Under the pieces are notes generated by a model that saw only the letters and a program-made list of their open reading frames with translations, was not told where the DNA came from and did not search any database. DNA of 60,148 nt from Octopus bimaculoides (taxonomy: Eukaryota), in assembly GCF_001194135.2 (NCBI RefSeq), contig NC_068983.1, positions 107,357,832-107,417,979 on the forward strand. The letters are read 5' to 3'. The translations under genes and the position numbers were made by a program. This document shows positions 49,928-60,148 of the stretch, in pieces; positions within the stretch are counted from its first letter, which is position 1, and every line of letters begins with the position of its first letter.

Positions 49928-50568
49928 GATTATTTTCAAGGGAAAATGCACACACACACACATACACACTCAGTGAGAAACAGAGGCATACACAACCATA
50001 CACTTGTATATAAACTAGTGAACAAGTACATACGTATTTCATTGAATGTATTGATTTTTGAGCAGTTGTAAGTGCATGTATTTTATGTCCATAAAAACCT
50101 GCCTGTTTTTTTAGAGTATCTATTCATTACCCATTCACACATACACACAAACACACACATGTAAGGAGGATTTATACAAGTCTATAAAAAGAATAAAACA
50201 CAACTGCAAGTAAACTTGAGCTGAAACTACCAAAAATTATATAAAAGAATTCTCTCTAGAAACAATCAAAATTTATGAATCTAGAATGGAAGATTTATAT
50301 TTATTTATTTATTTACTTATTTACTGAGAATTAAGCATAAACTAAAGCTTTTAATCATGATATATTAACTCAAATCTTTGTAATTAGGCACTCATTTTGT
50401 GACTTTGTCCATTCGGGGGAAGCAAGTAGCTAAATATTTAACACTTGAAGAAAACAAATGTCAGAGGCAATAAAATTGGAAATATATTATAAAAAGGACA
50501 TAAAATATCTCAAAGGAATGGAAAATAAAATTAAGAGGAAAGTTCCTTATTGATGAAATGAGTTGAAG

Positions 50569-50604
<36 letters not shown>

Positions 50605-50876
50605 CAAAGTCTGCCACTAATCTAAGATTTTTCAGTGAGCATTGTAAATGATTCAAAGTTAGCATATACAAATGTGTGCGTGTGTCTGTTTGTGTGTGTG
50701 TGTGTGTACATGTGTGTTTGCATCTGTGAGTGTATTCATGTATATGTGTGTGTGTGTGTGTGTTTATGTATGAACTCTTGACTGCTCTTTGCACCACACC
50801 ATGGATGTAGCACACAAACACGCATACATTTATAAATCTATATACATCATCATCATCATCATCGATGATGATGATG

Positions 50877-50941
<65 letters not shown>

Positions 50942-50967
50942 GGTGCAGGAGTGGCTGTGTTGTAAGA

Positions 50968-51001
<34 letters not shown>

Positions 51002-51004
<3 letters not shown>

Positions 51005-51221
51005 TTTCAGTCATTGGATTGTGGCCATACTGGGGTACTGCCTTGATGGGTTCACTTGAACAAAATGACTCCAGGAATTATTTTTAAAGCCTAGTACTTA
51101 TTCTATTGGCCTCCCTTGTCAAGCTTCTAAGTTATGGTGACATAAACAAACCAAGACCAGTTGTTAAGCTATGGTTAGGGACAAATGCATACCCATAGAC
51201 ATAAAGACAGACAGGCAGACA

Positions 51222-51253
<32 letters not shown>

Positions 51254-51308
51254 GATATGATGGGTTTCTTTCAGTTTTTGTCTACTTATCACACAGTTAC
51301 TCCTGCAT
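51002..51308 (-). mobile_element. SINE family A (diverged)
   Basis: cttgtttcagtcattggattgtggcc...agcctagtacttattctatt... Confidence 0.8.
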
Positions 51309-51591
51309 ACATATATGTATACATTATATATATATATANNNNNNNNNNNNNNNNNNNNNNNNNNNNNNNNNNNNNNNNNNNNNNNNNNNNNNNNNNNNNN
51401 NNNNNNNNNNNNNNNNNNNNNNNNNNNNNNNNNNNNNNNNNNNNNNNNNNNNNGGGTGTGTATACAAACACCTACAGAGACACATACATATACTATTTCA
51501 GTTGTGACTCTAGTAATACTAAGTATGATGTTATTAACTGTTATGTATTTGAAATTATATGCACTTGCTTTTTGTGCATGTTTGTGTGCAT

Positions 51592-51650
<59 letters not shown>

Positions 51651-52763
51651 TGTGTGTGTGTGTGTGTGTTTGATAAATATTTCTGAATACCTCATCAAAC
51701 TAACATATATATGCAAACAATTGTACACTGATCTATTGCTTGTCTCTGACTAGATATGTACATCTGCACAAATTTTGTTTATTTTCTCATGTATACACTC
51801 ACATTATCTCACAAGCATACAGTTAGACAAAATATGTACATATACACACATCCGTGTGGATATACATCTTGCTAACAGAATAAGAAGCTGCATTTTTTTT
51901 TTTACCTCCCTCTTCTGATAAATATCTGTTTAGAAGTTCATTTGCGAGAGGAACTTGAAGTGGATATAGAGATTAGATACTGAATGTACTAAACACATTT
52001 CCAGACTGTCTTTAATCTTTTATTTTCTAAGCTTAACAGTTCTGATACATGCATGTGTAATCTATTCATTGTGGAAAAAACACAGCTTGTTTTGGTGATA
52101 ATAACCCGTCTTGTTGAGTGTCTGATCAAGGTTACTTTTAAACTAAGTGCTCTGACTTTCTGAAATCTAAATCTATTCAGATCAGGCATATTTATGTTGA
52201 AGTAACATAGGACCAGCTGGGACATTTATCATTCTGGATTTGTTGTTGTTGATGATGGAGATAGTGGTTTGCTCCAAATCAAATCTTGATCCAGTAGTCC
52301 TATGTTCATAGATGTTCTAGCCATTATCATCCTGTTTTCTTTTGCCATACATAGTATATCTATGACTACATTATCCAGTGTTTATTTTTCTATCTTCTAA
52401 GATAGTAGCATGTCATTTGAGGGAGATTTAGCTGCTATATCAAGAAGATTGAGTGACCAAGTAGAGGCTTTCCTTTTGGTTCATTTATCTGTCTGGAGGA
52501 GAATATGGATGGACACATTACAACTAATTATCCTATATTCCTAGAACAGTTAAAATAATCAGCAGTTTACATTTTATGAGTTATAACATCTGTTGCAGAT
52601 ACTTTGTTGTATCTACAGGAAGATCTTAAATCAATTGTATACGTCTAGCCGATGAGCCAGTGAGGAAAATTCCTTTAATTGTTTAATATTTTAGAAATAG
52701 TAACCAAGTATACCTCAAATGACGCTCTATTTAGGACTCTTAGGATAACAGAATCCTGATTAG

Positions 52764-52930
52764 GTGCACGTGTGTCTCTGTGGTGAGAAGTTTGCTTTTC
52801 AATCAGATAGTTTCAGTTTCAGTGCCATTGTGTGACATCTTGGGCATGTGTCTTCTGCTATAACTCTAGGCCAACCAAATTCTTGTGAGTAGATTCGGTT
52901 GATGGAAACTGGAAGAACCATGTGGTGTGT
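52764..52930 (+). mobile_element. SINE family A, 5' half
   Basis: ctgtggtgagaagtttgc...cttgggcatgtgtcttctgctata...gatggaaactggaagaacc, then (TA)n and a gap. Confidence 0.8.
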
Positions 52931-53297
52931 GTATATATATATATATATATATNNNNNNNNNNNNNNNNNNNNNNNNNNNNNNNNNNNNNNNNNNNNNNNN
53001 NNNNNNNNNNNNNNNNNNNNNNNNNNNNNNNNNNNNNNNNNNNNNNNNNNNNNNNNNNNNNNNNNNNNNNNNNNNNNNNNNNNNNNNNNNNNNNNNNNNN
53101 NNNNNNNNNNNNNNNNNNNNNNNNNNNNNNNNNNNNNNNNNNNNNNNNNNNNNNNNNNNNNNNNNNNNNNNNNNNNNNNNNNNNNNNNNNNNNNNNNNNN
53201 NNNNNNNNNNNNNNNNNNNNNNNNNNNNNNNNNNNNNNNNNNNNNNNNNNNNNNNNNNNNNNNNNNNNNNNTATATATATATATATATATATATGTC

Positions 53298-53590
53298 AGG
53301 CACATGACTCAGGGGTTAGGGTGTTGCACTCATAATTATGAAATCATGGTTTTGATTTCCAGATCAGGCATTGTGCTGTGTTCTTGAGCAAAGCACTTCA
53401 TTTCACATTGCTCTGCAATCATTTTGTCATCTGACATGTGGCACATGGTGCACCTGTACAAGTAATGTTGATTTGATGGAGGGAGTGAGTTTATGTGAAC
53501 ACAAGCATTTGATCACTATAAACAAATCATCTGTCTGATTGTTCAGCAAGAAATTGCTGAACCCTCATACATTGTCTAATGACAATGTGT
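53298..53590 (+). mobile_element. SINE family C
   Basis: ggcacatgactcaggggttagggtgttgcactcat...ttcttgagcaaagcacttcatttcacattgctc, similar to 8555. Confidence 0.75.
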
Positions 53591-53619
53591 ATGATATGTC
53601 CATGACATACCATACACAC

Positions 53620-53870
53620 ACACACACACACACATACACACACACACACATACGTGTGTATGTCCTTGTGTTTGTCTTTGTCTCCCACCATTGCTTAAAT
53701 GCTGGTGTTGGTTTGTTTACATCACTGTAACATAGCAGTGCAGCAAAAAGATCAATAGAATGAGTACAAGTCTTAAAAAAAAAAAATTACTAGGGACAAT
53801 TTGTTCAGTTAAAACCTTTCAAGACTGGGTCCTAGCATGGCCGCAGTTCAATGACAAACAAGTAAAAGGT
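53620..53870 (+). mobile_element. SINE family A, 3' half
   Basis: gtttgtctttgtctcccaccattgc...gcatggccgcagttcaatgacaaacaagtaaaa. Confidence 0.75.
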
Positions 53871-54030
53871 AGGCATTGCTGAAAAGCTTTTGAGGATAAT
53901 TTGCTCTAACAAGGCTATCAATCAGTTCTAAGCAACACCAATAACATCAACATAACTAACTCAGGAATGCTACATGGACTTTCTCATATGCTTTGCAGTG
54001 TTAATAATCAGTTCTATGGTTGGCTATTTG

Positions 54031-54069
<39 letters not shown>

Positions 54070-54371
54070 TATTGACTGTGTTTTCTCTCTTTTTCTTTTG
54101 ACCTAGATATGACAAGATGCTAGCTAGAATACAGTATGGTGCTTTAGTGTTGGCAAGAAGAAAATGTAATTAGCAAGATGTTTTGTCAAAGGCTGCTGAA
54201 CTCACCAAAGAAATGATTTATTAGAGTCTTGGAATTCTTGTCAGACAAAACATTTTCAGACATTTTAAAAAGTTTCCAAATATAATAGAAAAAAAGATGA
54301 TGGTGTTGGTGGTGGTGGTGGTAAAAACAGAATAATGAGACTAAAATTTGAAATCCTTATTAACACACAAA

Positions 54372-54576
54372 GAGGCGGTGAGCAGGCAGAATTGTTAGCA
54401 TGCTGGGCAAAATGTTTAATGATATTTCATTCATCCTTACATTCTGAGTTCTAATTCTACCTTTCATCCTTCTGTGGTCAATCAAATAAGCACCAGTTGT
54501 GCTCTTGGGTCGTTGCAATCGACTTAACTCCTTCCTCACAATTTCAGGCCTAGAATCTATAGTAGAAAGGATTATT
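54372..54576 (+). mobile_element. SINE family B
   Basis: ggcggtgagcaggcagaattgttagcatgctgggc...atagtagaaaggattatt. Confidence 0.85.
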
Positions 54577-54879
54577 AACCCACTAAATGTTCAATCAATT
54601 TCACATCTATTTTCTCATATTACTAGGTAAAGAATTGGATTAATATCTCTATAAAAATAGTCGTGTCTTGATATGGGCATGGCTGTGTTGTTAAGAGGTT
54701 TGCTTCACAGCTATGTCATTTTGGACTCAATTCCACTGCAGGTCACATTGAATACTCATCCACTTGAAATGACACTCAGCCAGCCTCAGAATGCCCACAT
54801 CATTCAAAACCCCTGTTAAGCCTTATGAATGTTCACCAAAACACCGATAAACATTTCAAAATCTTTCAAAATTTTCTGT

Positions 54880-55060
54880 GGTCATGCTATGGATTAAGTG
54901 GATTACATCAGTATTTAACTGGTACTTATTTTATCAACACCATAAAGATGAAAGGCAAAGTCGACCTCAGTTGAATTTGGACTCTGAATGTAAAGATGGA
55001 CAAAATGCCACTAAGCATTTTGCCCAGTGCTCTAAAGATTCTACCAGCTTGCTATCTTAA
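54880..55060 (-). mobile_element. SINE family B
   Basis: ttaactggtacttattttatc...gatgaaaggcaaagtcgacc...ctaagcattttgccc...ctaccagctt. Confidence 0.8.
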
Positions 55061-56385
55061 AACTTCAAATAATTATTGAATGCATATAAATAGAATGGAG
55101 CATATATGTTGGCCTACTCAGTAAGCTAGCTACAAATGATTGCCAGTCGCACAGATAAACACACAACTCTGTTAAACACAACAATTGCAGTATCTGCAAT
55201 CTGGGAACTTTATGAAGCACCTTGTGTTATCTAATTCTAAAACTGGAATACATCTATATATATTCCTGTTTTAGAATATATGTACTATATCCAGACATGT
55301 AATAAAAGCTGATGGAAAGGGAATGAGCCAGGAAAAGCATCCAGTCATAAAATACAGCCTCAAAATTAGGCTCACCCAAATCATGACAAACTGAAAAATC
55401 AGAATAAATATTATGAGAGCAGTGTATGTGTGTGTATGTGTGCATGTATATATATTTGCATGTGTATGTGAGTATGTATATGTGTACATGCTCTTTCTCT
55501 GTGTGTGTACATGCACTTTCTGTGTGTGTGTACATGCACTTTCTGTGTGTGCATATATATTTTTTGGTGGACATTTTGAGAATCATTGAGAAAACCCAGC
55601 TACTGACTCTCTTTGAGCAACTTTCTATGCAACATTTGATCTGCACCAAATAGCATGTACTCTGTTGTTTGTTATTCCGTCCATTAGAACTGCAGTGAAC
55701 CAATGATTGGTCCAGTGAATGACTTTCTGGAAACCTGTAACTAACAATCAAACAGTTGCTTTTGTTCACAAAGAGCAATATCAAATAAATAAAACAAAAG
55801 AAGCTCATTATTATATATTCGTTCAATTTTAAGCAGTTCAGAGATTAATTACTTCCTTGTCAGCTTGCATGTCAGTAAAATTCCAAGGGAATCAGGAATC
55901 AAAACTAAAAAAATCATAAATTTTAGGAATTTACTTATAGTAGATTCAGAGAAATGTTTATAGCTAATTAGTCCAAACAGCTAACACATTAGATCTATCT
56001 TCCTCCTTAGATAGTACAACAAAATAACCTATTTCATATGAGAAATTTCATATATTTTATGTATGTTTGGTAAAACAAACAGTAAAAACAGAACTCAAAG
56101 CATGAATATATAATATGTATGTGTGTGTGTTTGTTGGTGGGTGTTTAGATGCATATATATATATATATATAATTTTTTATTTTTTTGCAAAAAACATTTT
56201 CATTCTCCCTCTTCTTGAAAATTTGCCAGGCAATGAAAGCCAGTTAGAAATCCTTTTGAAATCCTCCTTATACACATCTATATTAAAATACGCTTTCAGT
56301 TTAGCATTCTGCCTTATTATTATTTTTTATTTTCCTATTATTTCTCCACATGCGGCTAACACAACCCCACCATTTACTGACTTAT

Positions 56386-56438
<53 letters not shown>

Positions 56439-56439
56439 A

Positions 56440-56960
56440 TGTGAGAGAGTTAGGGGTTGGGGGTACAACCCACTAAGGGATAGTATCTATCCGGTATACT
56501 GCTGGGAGGGTACCCAATTATTGCTACACTAGTGCTATACTAGTGGCAATCAATGGGAGCGGATAAAAGTGGAGGTTATACCCAAAATTTGTATAACAAT
56601 TAGAAAATGGAGGATAATATGCTGAACCCAACTACTTGCAGATGGTGTATCCCGTTGAATTCATTAATTTAATTCATAGCAAAAGTGACAAAAAAAGAAA
56701 GAAAAAGAAAGAAAGAACCAAAGCACAGGTGTCTATGGCAGGCTATGTTATTTTGCCAACCTGGTTTACATATAGAAGTACAAAGTACATAAGGAATTAG
56801 AGGATGAACAGAAGTTTAATCTCTTACAGCTGTTTCGGCCTAGTTTTAGCAAGCTCCATTCTATCCGAATATTCCTTTCCGGAGTGATTATCGGATGACA
56901 TTTTGAAATGGGGTTATATGCCCGAACCGCTAGGCCTCTTCAGAGATTCACAAAGGGTTA
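56440..56960 (-). mobile_element. Penelope-like terminal-repeat / non-coding fragment (5' side in the N gap)
   Basis: Minus-strand ctgaagaggcc...ggccgaaacagctgt signature typical of Penelope pseudo-LTRs. Several hairpins downstream; ends at (TA)n. Confidence 0.6.
56817..56950 (-). ncRNA. Type I hammerhead ribozyme motif with extended stem II
   Basis: CUGAAGA (56943-56937); stem II GGCCUAG/CUAGGCC; GAAAC; palindromic stem III ACAGCUGU; GUA cleavage triplet (predicted cut between 56825 and 56824); stem I UCU/AGA. Confidence 0.72.
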
Positions 56961-57432
56961 NNNNNNNNNNNNNNNNNNNNNNNNNNNNNNNNNNNNNNNN
57001 NNNNNNNNNNNNNNNNNNNNNNNNNNNNNNNNNNNNNNNNNNNNNNNNNNNNNNNNNNNNNNNNNNNNNNNNNNNNNNNNNNNNNNNNNNNNNNNNNNNN
57101 NNNNNNNNNNNNNNNNNNNNNNNNNNNNNNNNNNNNNNNNNNNNNNNNNNNNNNNNNNNNNNNNNNNNNNNNNNNNNNNNNNNNNNNNNNNNNNNNNNNN
57201 NNNNNNNNNNNNNNNNNNNNNNNNNNNNNNNNNNNNNNNNNNNNNNNNNNNNNNNNNNNNNNNNNNNNNNNNNNNNNNNNNNNNNNNNNNNNNNNNNNNN
57301 NNATTGGAGTCTGGTGTAGCCATCTGGTTTGCCAGACCCCAGTCAAATCGTCCAACCCATGCTAGCATGGAAAGTGGACGTTAAATGATGATGATGATGA
57401 TGATGATATATATATATATATATATATATATA

Positions 57433-57600
57433 CTAGCAGCTAAGCCCGGTTTCACCCAGTCAGTTTGGATGACGTGGCTGTAAAACCTTCTCTTTGTAAG
57501 CATTTGACTTGTTTGGACATGCTTACGTTAAAAAACAATTTTAGAATGACCTTTTTTCTGTCAAAATGCTAAAAATAACTGACTAAAAAAAAAAAACAAC
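57433..57600 (-). mobile_element. Helitron 3' terminus (5' end not located)
   Basis: (TA)n|ctag at 57433-57436 followed by the GC-rich imperfect hairpin gcccggtttcacccagt. Confidence 0.55.
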
Positions 57601-57739
57601 CAAAACTCAACCAAATCAAAAAATAAATCCAAATACTAAACGAACAAAGATGCAAAACAACAGAAACAAACAAAAATAAAACAAAAAATTAAATGAAATA
57701 AAAAATAGGTCAAAAGTCTTTAAAATTTTCAAAGGTCAA

Positions 57740-57866
57740 GTCAGATTTTTCATGTCTGGCTGGTCTATCGGGAGCTGAATTAAATTTTTCATCAACACAG
57801 GGGATCCAAAATAAATTTTTCAATGTCCAAGGGGAGCCAAATCATGAAAAAGGTTGAGAAACGCTG
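57740..57866. mobile_element. hAT MITE end fragment
   Basis: Ends gggagccaaatcatgaaaaaggttgagaaacgctg. A similar end is at ~32650-32674 (ggaccccagttgagaaccactg). Confidence 0.55.
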
Positions 57867-58791
57867 ATCTATAACGTTGGTTTTTATTTAGGTACATTAT
57901 AAAAGTAAGTATAAAGAAAAGTATGTTCTTTAATGCAAATACAGTTAGAAAAAATATTGCCATTTCAAATCATAACTAAAAACAAAGCTCATCAATTTTT
58001 GAATGAAATAATAATTTTATTCATTTATTGTAAGATGTAAATTTTGCCCAAGAAATAAAGCAAATAATCACCAAATGCATTGTAAAAAATCTGCAAATCG
58101 ATAGCAAATATCTCCAAATTGATTAGAAATGCATAAATTTAATAATAATGATGCTAAGTAAAGTTTGGTCGAGAAATATCAAAGAAATTACTTTATATCA
58201 ACAAAAAACAGACATGTACTTTTATAGAGAACAGGTTGTACTCAAGTGAAACATACCAAATACACAGAGTTGAAACGCTGTTTGATTATTCTTTTCTGTG
58301 TTGAATGTTAACCATCACACTTCCATTATGTGTGCACATGCACACACACAAATAAATACATACATGCACACACACACATTAACATACCCCAACCATTCCA
58401 CTTCCATTGCGCTTGCACATGCACACACGCAAACACACACCCACACATTCACAAACCCCCTTTTACATACAGACACATATATTCACACAGAGTTGAAATG
58501 CTGTTTGATTTATTTTTTCCGCATACAATTTTCATCATCGCACTATCAAGTATGACATCACCCTATCCTTCCTTATTCATGTATCACCCCTTCCTTTCTC
58601 ATTCATAAACACAAGATTATGATTATAGCAGATTATCTTGGTAACCATGGGGGCTTTGAAAAAATACAAAGCCCAGCATCACCACCAGATCATTCTACAT
58701 ATAGGTATAGATTTTTGCACAATTCCACCCAGCTGTTTCACTGTGAATCCCAAGACAAGAAAGAATCACCCATGTCAAATTTATATGTATA

Positions 58792-58827
<36 letters not shown>

Positions 58828-58828
<1 letters not shown>

Positions 58829-59503
58829 TAGCTGGCATACCCGGTAATTCCCGGGAAAGCAGGGCTTATCTCTTGGTTCTATTCTCATAGTTGTTTTTCT
58901 AATTCAATAACAATACAATGCATGTAGCCCTTAAAATGGTTTTTGTGCATTTACAGAGAATACTGAACTGTCTTACACAAGATCTTGATTTTAGGAATTC
59001 CCAATAAGTTATGAATACCCAAATTGTGAAGTCAGTTATGTAATAGCATGAAATTAGTTACCCGAGAGTAAGAATTCAAATAAAGTTGTCCCCAAAAGGG
59101 CTTTAATGCATTCTCAGAGTATATAGAACTTAGGAGGAAATACTAATAAGGTATGTATACTAAAATCGCAAAGTACGTTACGTAATAACAGGCTAATCAG
59201 ATATAAGATAGTAACAATTCAAAGTAAATAACTCTGAAAAGGGCTTTTGTGCATTCCCAGAGAATATTACCTTCAGCGGCGCTAGTGTTGCTATATTCGT
59301 GAATAAGTTACTAACCAAAATAAATGGATCTATTGTTTAGGAAAATACTATTTACTTGTTTAAGGGTTGTACCGGATAAATTGTGAAAATAACTTTACCA
59401 GTTCAAATACTAAGAAATAAGCATACTCAATTTGATTTATACCAAATGATTTAAAAAAATGAATGGGTTATTTCCCTTGGTTGTTAAAATGAAATATATT
59501 AGA
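58828..59503 (-). mobile_element. Non-autonomous Helitron
   Basis: 3' CTAG at 58828-58831 with hairpin cccgg taattc ccggg. Candidate 5' A|TC at 59503, though it may extend to ~59700. (TA)n at both ends. Confidence 0.75.
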
Positions 59504-59699
59504 TATATATATATATATATATGGATCCCTTCCAGGGGCCCTATTATCGATTTATTCAACAATCTGAGTATGCCATGAAGTTTCCAGATATGAGTTCAAC
59601 TCATGTGTCAAGTTACATCAAAATTGATAGAACGATGAAGGAGGAGTTAACTAACAACTCCACAAACACACCCACAGACAGAATTTCCCACATATGTAG

Positions 59700-59730
<31 letters not shown>

Positions 59731-60148
59731 TTGAAATCTGAATAAACATTTTAAAACCATGCTTCAACAGTAATACCAGTAGAGGTGATTATAAGACTAG
59801 AATTCCATTGGATTTAAAAAGTAATGCTGTTACCTGTAACTGAATACCAATGTAGATCAGTGTTATATATGCTGTAGAAAACTTTTAATAAAGAAGTTCA
59901 TTATCAATTATATATATTCATAACAATTATATATTTATAGATTCGCCATGTTGGACCACTGAACTCAACATGTCTTTTTTTATTCTTGCTCTATTTACTT
60001 CCTCTTATTCCTTTCTATAGAAGAGCTTGAAATGTAAAAGACTTTTCCCTTTTTCCCAAGTGCAAAAGCAATACACTTGCTTGTTGTTCCTACACCTGTC
60101 TTCATCTTTGTTTTTCTATAAATTTGAACTTTATATATATATATATAT

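Noticed and set aside
55625-55734. DGITN similarity to ethanolamine kinase
   Set aside because: A five-residue match only, followed by an early stop. No gene symbol assigned.
59521-59745. 74-aa ORF MDPFQGPYYRF... between (TA)n runs
   Set aside because: Better explained as the antisense of a Helitron-like 5' region. The start and end depend on microsatellites.

Overview
AT-rich, repeat-dense eukaryotic genomic DNA with many N gaps; it is not prokaryotic. The SINE families and the (TA)n/(CA)n/(AAT)n microsatellite load are typical of an octopus genome (genus inferred from recalled repeat sequences, not from a search). Recognisable content is almost all mobile-element DNA: (1) dozens of copies of several SINE-like families; (2) decayed non-LTR retrotransposons (R4/Dong, CR1, Tx1/L1-like, RTE-like, Penelope-like); (3) DNA transposons and MITEs (mariner DD34D, pogo with a Brinker-type domain, Tc1, hAT, piggyBac, a foldback-like element); (4) Helitrons with A|TC...CTAG|T ends. 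No intact protein-coding gene, rRNA, tRNA gene or CRISPR array could be supported, and only weak splice-site-bounded exon candidates are present, on both strands. The best second-look items are a type I hammerhead-ribozyme core with an 86-nt structured stem II insertion in a Penelope-like terminal repeat (56817-56950, minus); two near-identical local inverted copies that look like template-switch events (23303-23953 and 33160-34713); R4/Dong elements plus a possible non-autonomous partner sitting in (TAA)n; and closely spaced inverted SINE pairs that could form ADAR substrates. I found no evidence for a new multi-gene system. Repeat boundaries are approximate unless a terminus or TSD is quoted.
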